Virus record (IMG/VR): IMGVR_UViG_2974696732_000001
From: a virus
Lineage: Duplodnaviria > Heunggongvirae > Uroviricota > Caudoviricetes
DNA: 58,707 bases
Direction: 5' to 3' (one strand)
Both the position numbers and the translations under genes were made by a program. The notes beneath the pieces are model-generated. The model ran no database searches and was not told the DNA's origin. It saw nothing but the letters and a program-made list of their open reading frames with translations. This document shows, piece by piece, positions 39,733-50,818 of the stretch (positions are counted from its first letter, which is position 1; every line of letters starts with the position of its first letter).

Positions 39733-42700
39733 TGCAGACAACGACATTTGAGGTCAATAAGCTTTTGAAGGAGGGGCTTGCCGTAAAGGCACTGCCCCAG
39801 CTTATTGCTGAGTGGAATATGAATCGCTATGCTGGCATTCAGACGGTAGACAACACTCCATCAGAATATGATGAGGGTGACCCAGAATACTACCCAATTG
39901 AATCCATTGCATCTCCTCTCCGTCCATCCAAGAGTGGAATTGTCAAGGCACGTGCGAGCGTGGAAGGCATTGTATCTGAATACACGGACAGGCCCGGCAA
40001 TAAGAGATATTATCTCTCTGGCCTAGACGACCCATACAAGTATTGGAGCAGCCCAAAGGCTAGCTCCAATGTGGGTGGACAGAATGGATTTACAACCACT
40101 GTTCGCCCATACATTGTCTATAAGACGGCTTCATGGGTTAATAAGATTCATCTGCTTTTCGAGAACACAGCAGCCTATCCTGTTGATTATGACATTGACG
40201 TAACAACCGATGGAACGAACTGGACCACAGTTGGTGGAGATATTCAGCCTCCAGCAGATGGAAAGGTCACTCTGTATCGTCAGGCAAATGGAACCTGGGG
40301 AACCACAGTCTACCGAGAAAATCCGGTAAAGCTAAAGGGTGTCCGTATCAAGGTAAACACCATTTCAGCTCTAGGAAAGTACCTGGAGCTTATTGAGATG
40401 TCCCTCCGCCTTGAACAGGATTTGACCTCTACACTCATCAGTAGTGATTCTCAGTTCAGCATGGGAACAACGTCATTCGTTACCCCTTTGGGTGGAGCAT
40501 CATCAAATACGGCTAGCATCCAGCTATCCAACATTGATGGTCGCTACAACAACACCAATGACGAATCTCTCTTTTATGGTCTCATTGATAAGAACGTCAA
40601 GTTCACCTACAGCATGGGATACGACACAACGCCGGTAGGTGGAAGTGGCACCGTCTATGTCAGAGAATACACCATGTTCGCTGATAGCTGGGCAGGTCAG
40701 GGAGAGGAAATTGCTACAGTTTCCATGAAGGATGCTTCTAAGTTCTTGCAGGAAATGAAGCCTCCGAAGATGTTCTTTGAAAACATGACGCTTGCTAGAA
40801 TTGTTTGGCAGCTTTGTGACATCATGGGATTTAGTGACTACGCCTATGAAAAGATTGACGACGACAAGGCTACTGTTGTTCCTTATTTCTGGACTGATGG
40901 AGAGAAGACTATCTGGGAAATCTTCAGCAGTCTTGCAGCCACGACTCAGAGCGCAATCTATTTCGACGAATTTGGAATACTGCAAATTCTCACGAGAGAC
41001 AAGGCTTACAATCTTGGCAACCCAATCGCCTGGCAGCTCGATGGAGTAAAGAACGGAACAAAGCAGCCTGACATTGTTGACCTTTCACAGCAGTACGATT
41101 ACGAGGCAAACAACGTAACGGTTCGTTATTCCAAGGCAACCATGTCTGAAACTCAGCAGGGCCGTACTCCAGTAATGGATATTGTATGGCAGCCAGAGGG
41201 TGATGTCGTATTGCGTTCAAGCCAGCTTAGAGAGGCAATGAACAGCTCACAGATGTTTATCAGAATGACCGGTAGCGAAGCAGCTACTTGGCCATATCAG
41301 GGAATCATCGAGTGTGAAGGTGAGCTAATGCGCTATGACGCAAAGGGCTATTGGTACTACAACAAGTCTGGCGTCAGCACCTTCAAGGCCATCAAGTCTG
41401 CCGATGAAAAGAAGCAGGTTGACGAGGAGCTGAGTTCTCCAGAACTGAGATTCAAGAATGCGTTCTCTGGTTGGTTCAGAATTGTAGAAAGAGGTCTTTG
41501 GAACACATATCCAGCAGCACATACCGACGATGCGAATGGATATGGAGTAAAGGTCGCAAACTACAAGGGTGACTACAAGACGTGGCGTGGAGGATTTGTT
41601 CACAACAAGGACCAGTCAACCGTCAGCTTGAAGGCCACTACGACCACCAATGTAAATACCTGTTACGTAGCCTCACGAGGTTCCGAAACAGATAAAAGCA
41701 TTTGGTACGTTGGCACTCGTGTACGTTTCAGAGACTCTGGATACAAGCATGGAATGGCTGGCATTGCGTTCAACTTGGGCACCAAGGACAAGGGCTACTT
41801 CCTTGAGCTTTGTCGAACAGACAGACTTCCTGGAGGTAGGAAGTACCAGAATGAAGTGAATTTTTACATTCGCAGAAGTAATGGAAAGCTGGAGCGATTT
41901 GGCCCGGACAAGGGTAAGGGTGTGGCCATGGCCATTTCTAAGAACATCTGGTACGACATTGACATTGCCATTCGAATGGAGAATGGTGTCTACGGAGACC
42001 CAGGAGCCTTTGTTGGTCACGTTATTGAGGTCGCCATTAATGGTCAGAGCAAGATGACCTTCACAATTCCTGTTTCAAAGAAGGAGCCATTGACTGGCCG
42101 ATTTGGTGTCTTTACTCGTGGAAGCACTCATGCCGACTTTGAATATCTTTACGGAAACGGAACCACAGAGAATCTGCACATTGATACCACGAACTTCTTC
42201 GATAGAATTCGAGGCGGAATTGTAAGTAGCCAGGCATACACTGAATGGCTTTACAAGTGGCACTATACCAGCCACATCGTCAAGAGAAAGAAGAAGTATC
42301 TGTGGGCCAGATATGCGCAGAGATTCTTTGATGACTTTGGAGCAATCTGTCATGAGGTAAGAGAATTCGATGTAAAGTTTGATAAGGCACCTGCCGTTCA
42401 CTCAAACATCTATTTCTCCAACAATACTCAAATTGTATGTCCAGAATACATGTCTGACCCATTCGGGGCGAAATTCATTCTGGCCAACGCTTATCGAAGC
42501 AATGCCATTGTGAACGGTGAGGACACCCTGAGCTATGGAGCAGATAATTCTGTTGAGCAGAAGCTCATGATTTATGGCCGAACCATCACGAAGGAAGACG
42601 AGAAGACAATCATTTCAAAGAATGATGATGCTATTCGTCGTCGTGGCCAGGTTGATACAGAAATTCAGCCAGAATGGATTCAGACAGAAAGCGGTGCTCA

Positions 42701-42926
42701 GGCCCTTGCTGATTGGGTGACTCATCACTGGGCAGATGGTTGTGACGAGGTGGAAGCTGAAATCTTTGGTAACCCATTGCTACAGCTTGGAGATATCGTC
42801 TCAGTCAACTATCCGCAGAAGGATTTCGACCCGGTACATCACAGATATTTCGTAGTTGAAATCCAAAGAGGCTATGACACCGGATACGAAAACACGAAGC
42901 TCACGTTGCGCAGAGTCAAGATTTAA
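39732..42926 (+). CDS. Large minor tail (hub/Tal-like) protein
   Basis: 1064 aa; position; beta-rich. Confidence 0.75.
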   Translation: MQTTTFEVNKLLKEGLAVKALPQLIAEWNMNRYAGIQTVDNTPSEYDEGDPEYYPIESIASPLRPSKSGIVKARASVEGIVSEYTDRPGNKRYYLSGLDDPYKYWSSPKASSNVGGQNGFTTTVRPYIVYKTASWVNKIHLLFENTAAYPVDYDIDVTTDGTNWTTVGGDIQPPADGKVTLYRQANGTWGTTVYRENPVKLKGVRIKVNTISALGKYLELIEMSLRLEQDLTSTLISSDSQFSMGTTSFVTPLGGASSNTASIQLSNIDGRYNNTNDESLFYGLIDKNVKFTYSMGYDTTPVGGSGTVYVREYTMFADSWAGQGEEIATVSMKDASKFLQEMKPPKMFFENMTLARIVWQLCDIMGFSDYAYEKIDDDKATVVPYFWTDGEKTIWEIFSSLAATTQSAIYFDEFGILQILTRDKAYNLGNPIAWQLDGVKNGTKQPDIVDLSQQYDYEANNVTVRYSKATMSETQQGRTPVMDIVWQPEGDVVLRSSQLREAMNSSQMFIRMTGSEAATWPYQGIIECEGELMRYDAKGYWYYNKSGVSTFKAIKSADEKKQVDEELSSPELRFKNAFSGWFRIVERGLWNTYPAAHTDDANGYGVKVANYKGDYKTWRGGFVHNKDQSTVSLKATTTTNVNTCYVASRGSETDKSIWYVGTRVRFRDSGYKHGMAGIAFNLGTKDKGYFLELCRTDRLPGGRKYQNEVNFYIRRSNGKLERFGPDKGKGVAMAISKNIWYDIDIAIRMENGVYGDPGAFVGHVIEVAINGQSKMTFTIPVSKKEPLTGRFGVFTRGSTHADFEYLYGNGTTENLHIDTTNFFDRIRGGIVSSQAYTEWLYKWHYTSHIVKRKKKYLWARYAQRFFDDFGAICHEVREFDVKFDKAPAVHSNIYFSNNTQIVCPEYMSDPFGAKFILANAYRSNAIVNGEDTLSYGADNSVEQKLMIYGRTITKEDEKTIISKNDDAIRRRGQVDTEIQPEWIQTESGAQALADWVTHHWADGCDEVEAEIFGNPLLQLGDIVSVNYPQKDFDPVHHRYFVVEIQRGYDTGYENTKLTLRRVKI

Positions 42927-42962
42927 TTTTGCCTTTGTGCAACTCTGAGCTATAATCAATCC

Positions 42963-43328
42963 ATGAGCATTAACAGCAATCAAATCATCAAGAAGCCTGA
43001 TGTCGTCATCGACCCCAATTTCTTTCTTCCACCTGGGGTCGTTGATGCTCGTTACCCAAACGAGATTGAAGTCACCACGGAAGAGGTTACGGATGTTGTA
43101 GACACAGACGACATTCTTGACGTTGAAGATGATGACGTGGTTCTGGACGAGCCAGAAGAAACTGGTGAAGACAATGACACGGTTATTCTTTATCCACCAG
43201 ATACAGTTATTGTCGTTAGCCAGACCATCAGATTTGATGCGACTGGCAAGCAGGTGGTTGATGTAATTCTTGAAGTTCCAGATGTTCAGGATTCAATTCA
43301 GGTTGACGTTAGGATGACAAAGGCATGA
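42963..43328 (+). CDS. Acidic minor tail-associated protein
   Basis: Leaderless (TATAAT 42951-42956); Asp/Glu/Val-rich. Confidence 0.7.
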   Translation: MSINSNQIIKKPDVVIDPNFFLPPGVVDARYPNEIEVTTEEVTDVVDTDDILDVEDDDVVLDEPEETGEDNDTVILYPPDTVIVVSQTIRFDATGKQVVDVILEVPDVQDSIQVDVRMTKA

Positions 43329-44122
43329 TAACTACTCAGGGAAAGTCAGTAATCTTTAGATACCTAGCAGGGAATCTTCCTCGTATCGCAGAATCAATTG
43401 CTATTGGCATTGGTAGCTCAGCAGAGAATGTCAATGACACGACACTTGATTTCGAAGCAGAAAGAATCCCTGTTACTTTGGTGTCCGCAGACATCCTTAA
43501 CGACAAGATTATTTTCAAGGGCACTATCCCACAGGAATATGTGGGAACCATTTATGAGGTTGGACTGTGGTATGGAACTCCTCCGCAGACATCTGGAGGA
43601 AGCACTGTAATTGTCAGCTTTGACTCTGACACAGAAGGATGGGTGCCTGCTCTATGGAATACTACAGTTGCCAGAATTGGTGCTGATGGATTGCAGGTAG
43701 CAGGAGGAGCAAGCTCCACTTTGGCAGAAATCGCACTGGATATGTCTGTATATTCTGACGCCGACTTCATGTCATTGGCTTACAATGCTGATGCAGCCAT
43801 TAACAACGTCGTTCTGAGATTCAGCACAGACAGTACGAATTATTACGAATACAGTTTTGCTGCTGCCACTGGTTATGAAATCAAGACTATGGGCAAAACA
43901 GCATTTACTGCTACTGGAACACCAGATTGGGCAAATATCACTTCAATCACCGTTTCAGCGACCGGTACGGGAAATGTGGTCTTTGATGGTATTAGAGCAG
44001 AAGACGCCGATACCCTCAGCACAGACTACGCCCTTGTCGCCAGGTCAGTCCTCGGTACTCCAAAGGTTAAGACCTCAGATACCGAAATGGACATCGAGTA
44101 CGCATTGGAAATCAATATATGA
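43325..44122 (+). CDS. Minor tail/baseplate protein
   Basis: ITTQGK...IAIGIG...EVGL pattern typical of tail-fibre/baseplate proteins. Confidence 0.7.
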   Translation: MITTQGKSVIFRYLAGNLPRIAESIAIGIGSSAENVNDTTLDFEAERIPVTLVSADILNDKIIFKGTIPQEYVGTIYEVGLWYGTPPQTSGGSTVIVSFDSDTEGWVPALWNTTVARIGADGLQVAGGASSTLAEIALDMSVYSDADFMSLAYNADAAINNVVLRFSTDSTNYYEYSFAAATGYEIKTMGKTAFTATGTPDWANITSITVSATGTGNVVFDGIRAEDADTLSTDYALVARSVLGTPKVKTSDTEMDIEYALEINI

Positions 44123-47100
44123 GACTTCTACTTAGAGACCTTACACCAGGCACGAACTACAATATCCAGCTACGTGCAAATGATGGAACGAACGTTTCCG
44201 ATTGGAGCCGTATCTTCCCTCTTACCACGATTCAGGATACTCTAGCTCCAGCACATCCAGTCAATCTGACATGGGTTGTCAATCGAACCGCATTCTCAGC
44301 AAAATGGGATGCGGTTACTCAGAATGAAGACGCAAGCCCTCTGGAAGACTTCTCTCACTATCTCGTCAGGCTTACCGATGGAACGACTGTCGTTAACGTC
44401 AAGACAACCAATACATTCTACGACCTTGCCTTCGAGACAAACAAGGCTTTCTTCGGTACTCCAAAGGCTACTGTCAGCATTACCGTATTTGCAGTTGACC
44501 TTACCGGCAACGTTTCAGAGCCATCAACAACTCTGTCTGCAACCAATCCACCACCACCTGACCCAACTGGTGTAGCTGCGGCCGGTATCGTTGGTGGTGT
44601 CAGCATGAAGTGGGATGTACAGGTAATTGATGACCTTGCAGCCTATGACGTATACATGAGCACCACTGGTTCAGGATTCACTCCAACCAATGCGAATCGG
44701 GTATACAGCGGAACGGGAAACACTTTTGTTTTCGACAGCAGCTCTCTGGGAGTCGTTCATTACTTCAAGATTCGCTCTCGTGACGTATTCGATAGCATTT
44801 CAAACTACGTCACTGTTTCAGCGACTCCAATTTCACCAACTGATGTAGACACAACAGCGCCCGGTGTTCCAACAGGTCTAGCAGTCACTATGGCTGTAGA
44901 TACCAATGACTCAGCCTTTGCAACGGCTGCCCTATCTTGGACTGCACCATCCGATACTGACCTTGCTGGATACGTTGTAAGATACAAGCAGAATGCAAGT
45001 AGCACCTACGACTACGTAAATGTCCCTGTAGGCACGACCTCAATTACAATTGGAGGTCTAGTTGTTGGTGTCCAGTATAACTTCTCAGTTCAGTCATTCG
45101 ACAGGAGCACGAACCGAAGCGCATTCACTGCGGCGGTCAATGGCACTGCTGTCAATACTGCTCCTTCAACTCCAGCGGCTCCAACCGCTGTAGCAGACGT
45201 AATGAGCATTCAGGTAAGCCACTCTTTGCAGAAGGCTGCATCTGGACGACTTGAATCTGACGTTAGCTATCTTGAAGTTCACCTAGGAACGACCTCTACA
45301 TTTACCGCAAGCGACTCCACAATGATTGGACAATTGCAGGTAGAGCCTGGCAGCACCTTCGTTTCAGAAGTTTTCAACACGCCTGCTCAGGACACTTCTC
45401 TAGCACGTTGGGTACGAGTCATTGCCGTTGACCGAGGTGGATTGAAGTCTGCTGCTTCCGCAGTAGCCTCTGTCACTGTTGGTCTAATCAGTAATGCCTA
45501 CATTGCCAATGCGACCATTACTTCTGCCAAGATTAACAACCTGGATGCAAACAAGATTACGGCCGGTACTGGTATCATCAACGCTCTGCTTATCAAGAGT
45601 TCTCTGACCGTTGATACAGGCGGTACTGTAAAGAGCACCAATTATGTAGCGGGCTCAACTGGATATCAGCTATCTAACAATACCCTTGAAATCAATCAAG
45701 GTACGATTCGTGCTGCCGCACTTCTATTGCAGGATGCCCCTAACATTGTTCAGCCTCAGTACGCTGACTTTGAATTCCAGTCAACTTGGTACACCGGAAA
45801 GACCGTTACATTCAATGACGGTGGAACAACGACATGGGCAATTGCAACTGCTCCGGAAGTAACTCCTAAGTTCGGTACTCAGTGCCTCAAGCACACTTGG
45901 ACCGGTGGAGGAACATTCTCCCGAGTTTACCAGGGTGCTAGTTACACAGACTACAATGTCATCGTAGAGCCAAACACTGATTACATCGCATCTGTTTGGG
46001 TATTCAATCCAACAGGCTCCGGTGATAAGACAGTTGGATTTGGTGTCAAGATGGGTGACGGTGTTACCTACCCACAGCCTGGTGGAACTCCAGTCGTTGT
46101 GGCCAATGGAACATGGACCAGAATTTCAGGTACATTCAACACTGGTGCAAATAGCTCACTCATGACTTACATGAGCCTCTACAACACTGGCTCCGTTTAC
46201 TTTGATGGAGTGCAGATTGAACGCAAGCTAACCAGTGCGACAACTCCTTCACCATGGAGGGCACCAAGCACTACCTCTATTGATGGTGGAATTATCCGTA
46301 CTGGTGAAATTCGCTCTACCGCTTTGGCAAATGGTCTTTCTGGTCAGCCAGCATGGTCAATCAATATGACTGGTGGAGCGCAGTTTGGTGATGCCACGGT
46401 TCGAGGACGTATTGTTGTAGGTGACCCCGCTAACCCAACCGCTGACGGAACGAATTCACGAATCCATTCCGCTAACTATTCAGCCGGTGTAAATGGATGG
46501 ATTATCCGTAATGACGGATATGCAGAATTCCGCCAGCTAGCAGTGAACTCAATCAAGGTGACTGCGCTGGACTCTCCAATGCAGAACAACACCTATGCAA
46601 AGCTATTCGACTACATGCAGGACGGAACCCTTTGGCTCACTTCTGGTGCTGTAACTCAGAAGACTGACCCTGGTGCTTATTCTGCCGAATCCCTCTTTGA
46701 ATTCACCGGTCCTGGACTGGTTCTCAGAAATGCAGTCGGTGTTACTAAGGTCGCTTACGACCCTACCATTCTGTATCGTATCTCAGCCCGTATCCGTGCG
46801 TATGACGTAGCAACGCTGAACGCCAACTCAGGCTTTGAAACAAACACGTCTGGTTGGTTTGCCTATGGCTCAAACAGCATTACCCGAGACACCACTAAGA
46901 AGTTTGCTGGAACTGCGTCTGTTCGTTGGGACCAGGTTGGTACTTCAAACGGTGTTTATGGAATGGGAACTGTCGTCAATGTCAAGGCCGGTAGAACATA
47001 TAACTTTGCTGCTCGTGTACTTCCAAACAGCACGGTCATCCGAGACAATCTCAAGATGAACATTGTCTGGAAGGACGCAGCAAACGCTACGATTTCCACC

Positions 47101-50100
47101 ACTTTCAATGACATGGCACCACCTGTTGACGAGAATGGTGTGGCAATTCCAATTGATGGAGTAACCTGGATTCAATTTGCTTCTCAGGGTGTTGCTCCAG
47201 TAGGTGCGGTGACTGCTAGCTTTGAAATTCAGGCCGGTATCTCTGGAAGCCCTGTAGCAGGTATTCAGGGGTGGTTTGATGACGTTCTGATTACCACAGC
47301 TCCTCGTGTCAAGGTAGGTCTATTCGGTTTTGACAATTCAAACAGTGTCATTGACTGGGACTTTGTTGATGCCGCAACGACTCCTACCAAGATGCACGCA
47401 ATGCCTACAGATTACAGCCAGCTAGCAACTTTGGCTGGTGCTCAGTACATGATGGTATCAAATGACCAGGAAGTAGCAATCGCTTCTGGTACTGGTAGCA
47501 CTACTGCCGACTGGATTACTGTAACTGGTTATGTCCGTGGTCGTGGTGGTACTGGAACAGATGGTCTATTCGGTACTCAGGGACAGGCAAATGACCCGTA
47601 TGCACCTGCTGCCCTGAATCAGTCTGTTCGATACCTCGTGCCTTATGTAGAATTCGACATTGCAACCGGTTCAAAGGCTCAGCTCGACCAGTTCTCAATT
47701 GAAGCATATGAGAATGGTGCTCCAGCAAAGATTGACACAACTGATATCAGTGGAACAAAGGGTATCTCAATTGAGAATATTGAAGATGACTCTGAATTCG
47801 ACCACGCTATCAGGTTCTACACTGGCGCATCAGATGAAATGAGGCCCGGCATGATTGGTCACATCCTTGATGGTGACCTTAACAGTGCTGGACACCTTCG
47901 TATCTCTCCTCCAATGCTCAACAACGAGAGTACATATGGTCGAGTCTACATGGGTATTTATGACAGAAACCCTAACTACATCTACGACTCTTCATTCCAA
48001 AAGGGTATTACGAACTGGACTGCCAACACGGCTACACCTGGTTCCGCTGTCTCTTGGGATGAAACTGTCGGACGAATTGAACTTGGTTCCTTGAAGATTA
48101 CTACAACTGGTACTCCTGTTGCAGCAACCGAAATCTATGGAAAGTATGACATTTACACGGCTGACCATCCAGACCTTATCGGAAGAAACATTTCCGTATC
48201 AGGTTGGTTCAAGCCTGGGATGATTAGGCCAATTCGTCTGTACCTCAATTGTCACGATGAGACGGGCGCAATCATTACCAGTTACTACTTCCAGAAGACT
48301 CCTGTCAATACAACTGACTGGATTAGGCAGGCATGGACAATGCCAGTTGTTGTTCCTGACAATACGTATTATCTCCGTTACTTCTGGTGGTGGAACAATG
48401 CTGCGGCCGGTGACACCATTTGGGTTGATGAGGTTCAGCTAGAAACTGGTGGCATTTCCAATTACAGGGATGCACAGGCTTCACTGATTTCTCTGACAAG
48501 CGACACCGTAAGGTCAACAGGCTCAATCATTGTTTCAACCTCTGACCTCGACCTCCCTACAAACGTTTGGGGTGGTGGAGCTAAGCGTAGAGACGTGACA
48601 ACCTATCCATCATTTGTATCTCAAACTGATGGTGGTAGCGGTATCTTTAGAGCGATTAACTACACAGACTCTTATGGAAACCGTGCGTCTACAACTATTT
48701 CAAACTTTGCTCCAGATGGAACAGAAGAGGCGGCAGTAAGAATTTATGCCGGTCAGGATGACCGTTATCCAGGTCGAATTGCATTGACAAACCTTACAGG
48801 TGCCTTTGCTCTTTCAACCTATGCTGATGATGGTGCTGACATGACTACGAGCACCAATGTTCGAGTTGGAGGCCATTTGGATGTTCAGGGTAATCCACCT
48901 TGGGTAGCTCCAACGCTTTCAAACGGTGTGAACTATTCATCAGCGTACAATGTGGCCTACTTCAAGAGCAATGGAAATGTTTATCTGCGTGGAGTTATCC
49001 AGACATACACCAAGGCGACAACACTGTTCACCCTGCCTTCTGGATATCGCCCGGCACAGACGGTATACTTGAATGCCATTCAGTGGAGCAGCACGACATC
49101 AATTGGTGCTGTATTGCTCCAGGTCAATACGACTGGAACCGTTCAGGTTACATCTTCTGCAAGCACGCTGTCTCAGCTCTCTCTTGACGGTCTATGGTTC
49201 AGTGTTGCACCGGAAGCGGTTGCGCCTCCTGTAACTGGTGACACAACGCCTCCTGCTGCGCCTTCTGGCTTTAGCATCAATGCGTACAGCTCTGGTTCCT
49301 CAACGGGCGTTTACCAATTGAAGTGGACGAATCCAAGCACTTCTGACACGGCCGGTGTCAAGATTATCTGGAGGACTGACCGTTATCCAACAGTCACAAT
49401 TCCTGCATCTGGTACAAGGACACTGACTACTGATGGAAGCATTATCACAGTAACTGGTACTCCTTCTCAGGCCAAGTCTTACAACCATTCTGGACTTCCA
49501 GTCAATAAGACTATCTATTACAGAATTGTTGCTTACGACAAGTCAGGAAACCACTCTGGATATCTATCCGCATCAAGGTATCTGCTTGCATCACCTTTCA
49601 CCATTTATGCTACGGATTCAGATGCTTACCGTCTTGGATACGGTGGTATGTGGCGTAATGACGGTGACGCTCCTTACCAGGGTGACTGGACTGAAAATGA
49701 CAACCACAGAGGTCTATTCTTCTATGGAGATGGAATCTACAACAAGCTGGCGACGGGTGGTGTAGTGAGAACTCCTACCAAGATGACCGTCTATGTTCAG
49801 AGACAGAACACTTCCCATGGTAATAACTCTGGAGTCGGATTGAATCTGCGAGGTCACACCTACGGTTCAAAGCCTTCTGGAGACCCGGTAGGTAAGATGA
49901 CCAATGAGGGTTCTGATGGAGATAGCATTGTAGCTCTTTCAAGAGGAGAGGCAGCAACTGTTACAATTCCTTCAAGCTGGTACAACAATTTCGTGGATTC
50001 AACTTCTGCGAACAGGCTCAGAGGTGTAGGTTGTTATGGTAGCACAACAAGCGAATACCTCGTCCTCTACGGAAAGAGTTCAGGTTCTTCTCATGGAAAG

Positions 50101-50124
50101 ATTACCGTCTACCACAAGGGATGA
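44119..50124 (+). CDS. Giant tail fibre/receptor-binding protein with FN3 and carbohydrate-binding-like modules
   Basis: Repeated DTxAPxxPxGL/LSW/Y.V FN3 motifs; N(S/P)xFE...W CBM-like modules; 2001 aa. Confidence 0.85.
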   Translation: MRLLLRDLTPGTNYNIQLRANDGTNVSDWSRIFPLTTIQDTLAPAHPVNLTWVVNRTAFSAKWDAVTQNEDASPLEDFSHYLVRLTDGTTVVNVKTTNTFYDLAFETNKAFFGTPKATVSITVFAVDLTGNVSEPSTTLSATNPPPPDPTGVAAAGIVGGVSMKWDVQVIDDLAAYDVYMSTTGSGFTPTNANRVYSGTGNTFVFDSSSLGVVHYFKIRSRDVFDSISNYVTVSATPISPTDVDTTAPGVPTGLAVTMAVDTNDSAFATAALSWTAPSDTDLAGYVVRYKQNASSTYDYVNVPVGTTSITIGGLVVGVQYNFSVQSFDRSTNRSAFTAAVNGTAVNTAPSTPAAPTAVADVMSIQVSHSLQKAASGRLESDVSYLEVHLGTTSTFTASDSTMIGQLQVEPGSTFVSEVFNTPAQDTSLARWVRVIAVDRGGLKSAASAVASVTVGLISNAYIANATITSAKINNLDANKITAGTGIINALLIKSSLTVDTGGTVKSTNYVAGSTGYQLSNNTLEINQGTIRAAALLLQDAPNIVQPQYADFEFQSTWYTGKTVTFNDGGTTTWAIATAPEVTPKFGTQCLKHTWTGGGTFSRVYQGASYTDYNVIVEPNTDYIASVWVFNPTGSGDKTVGFGVKMGDGVTYPQPGGTPVVVANGTWTRISGTFNTGANSSLMTYMSLYNTGSVYFDGVQIERKLTSATTPSPWRAPSTTSIDGGIIRTGEIRSTALANGLSGQPAWSINMTGGAQFGDATVRGRIVVGDPANPTADGTNSRIHSANYSAGVNGWIIRNDGYAEFRQLAVNSIKVTALDSPMQNNTYAKLFDYMQDGTLWLTSGAVTQKTDPGAYSAESLFEFTGPGLVLRNAVGVTKVAYDPTILYRISARIRAYDVATLNANSGFETNTSGWFAYGSNSITRDTTKKFAGTASVRWDQVGTSNGVYGMGTVVNVKAGRTYNFAARVLPNSTVIRDNLKMNIVWKDAANATISTTFNDMAPPVDENGVAIPIDGVTWIQFASQGVAPVGAVTASFEIQAGISGSPVAGIQGWFDDVLITTAPRVKVGLFGFDNSNSVIDWDFVDAATTPTKMHAMPTDYSQLATLAGAQYMMVSNDQEVAIASGTGSTTADWITVTGYVRGRGGTGTDGLFGTQGQANDPYAPAALNQSVRYLVPYVEFDIATGSKAQLDQFSIEAYENGAPAKIDTTDISGTKGISIENIEDDSEFDHAIRFYTGASDEMRPGMIGHILDGDLNSAGHLRISPPMLNNESTYGRVYMGIYDRNPNYIYDSSFQKGITNWTANTATPGSAVSWDETVGRIELGSLKITTTGTPVAATEIYGKYDIYTADHPDLIGRNISVSGWFKPGMIRPIRLYLNCHDETGAIITSYYFQKTPVNTTDWIRQAWTMPVVVPDNTYYLRYFWWWNNAAAGDTIWVDEVQLETGGISNYRDAQASLISLTSDTVRSTGSIIVSTSDLDLPTNVWGGGAKRRDVTTYPSFVSQTDGGSGIFRAINYTDSYGNRASTTISNFAPDGTEEAAVRIYAGQDDRYPGRIALTNLTGAFALSTYADDGADMTTSTNVRVGGHLDVQGNPPWVAPTLSNGVNYSSAYNVAYFKSNGNVYLRGVIQTYTKATTLFTLPSGYRPAQTVYLNAIQWSSTTSIGAVLLQVNTTGTVQVTSSASTLSQLSLDGLWFSVAPEAVAPPVTGDTTPPAAPSGFSINAYSSGSSTGVYQLKWTNPSTSDTAGVKIIWRTDRYPTVTIPASGTRTLTTDGSIITVTGTPSQAKSYNHSGLPVNKTIYYRIVAYDKSGNHSGYLSASRYLLASPFTIYATDSDAYRLGYGGMWRNDGDAPYQGDWTENDNHRGLFFYGDGIYNKLATGGVVRTPTKMTVYVQRQNTSHGNNSGVGLNLRGHTYGSKPSGDPVGKMTNEGSDGDSIVALSRGEAATVTIPSSWYNNFVDSTSANRLRGVGCYGSTTSEYLVLYGKSSGSSHGKITVYHKG

Positions 50125-50132
50125 CCTTGTAC

Positions 50133-50161
50133 TTGACAGACTTGGCTCGGTGAGCTAAAGT
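50133..50161 (+). promoter_or_regulatory. Promoter
   Basis: TTGACA-17-TAAAGT. Confidence 0.75.
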
Positions 50162-50199
50162 GAAATTACACTAGAGAAGAAAGAGAGAAAAAGATTAAA

Positions 50200-50403
50200 T
50201 TGATGAGTAAAGATGCTCTTAAGTTTATGGCAATTAAGGAGAGAATTGCACAGCTAACTGCGGACTATGAAGAGAGAATCGCAGACCTGCGTGCAGACTA
50301 CACCTTGACCGTCGAAGAGATGAATGGTCAGATTGCCAAGCTCACCGAAGAGAATAACAATCTCAAGGCGGAACGCGATGCGGTGGCTGAGAAGGAAGAC
50401 TAA
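50200..50403 (+). CDS. Small coiled-coil protein
   Basis: Heptad pattern; follows the promoter. Confidence 0.75.
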   Translation: MMSKDALKFMAIKERIAQLTADYEERIADLRADYTLTVEEMNGQIAKLTEENNNLKAERDAVAEKED

Positions 50404-50818
50404 GAGAGTTGCGCCTATGGTCCCCGTGGATTATCCCACGGGGACTTGCGTACAGACGGAGAAGGGAGTATTCTTCATCAAGGGACGGTTCAGGTTCAGG
50501 GTGACATCTGACCGTATTCTGTCAAGCTGGCAGTATCCCTTTGTGATTCCTTCCAGTGAAGCGGCTTGCGTCCGGTACAAGATAGGTGGTAAGCTGGGCT
50601 TCCGTCAAGGAACTTTGGTTAAGGATATGTCCAATGGTAAAATGTATCTGATATCAGAGAACCTTAGACGACAGATAGTTTCGCCAGACTTCTTTGATGT
50701 CATGCTATTTCCACGAGACAAAATGATTGAAGCGTCTCCGGAGGAGATAGCCCTACACAAGGAAGGAGAGAACATAACTTGGCAACTACCCCCTACAAGC
50801 CTACAAGCTGGTCAGTAG
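50378..50818 (+). CDS. Hypothetical protein with an internal repeat (start uncertain)
   Basis: Two similar modules (G..VQT..G.FFI...R / GTLVKD...KMYLI...R). Confidence 0.7.
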   Translation: MRWLRRKTKRVAPMVPVDYPTGTCVQTEKGVFFIKGRFRFRVTSDRILSSWQYPFVIPSSEAACVRYKIGGKLGFRQGTLVKDMSNGKMYLISENLRRQIVSPDFFDVMLFPRDKMIEASPEEIALHKEGENITWQLPPTSLQAGQ

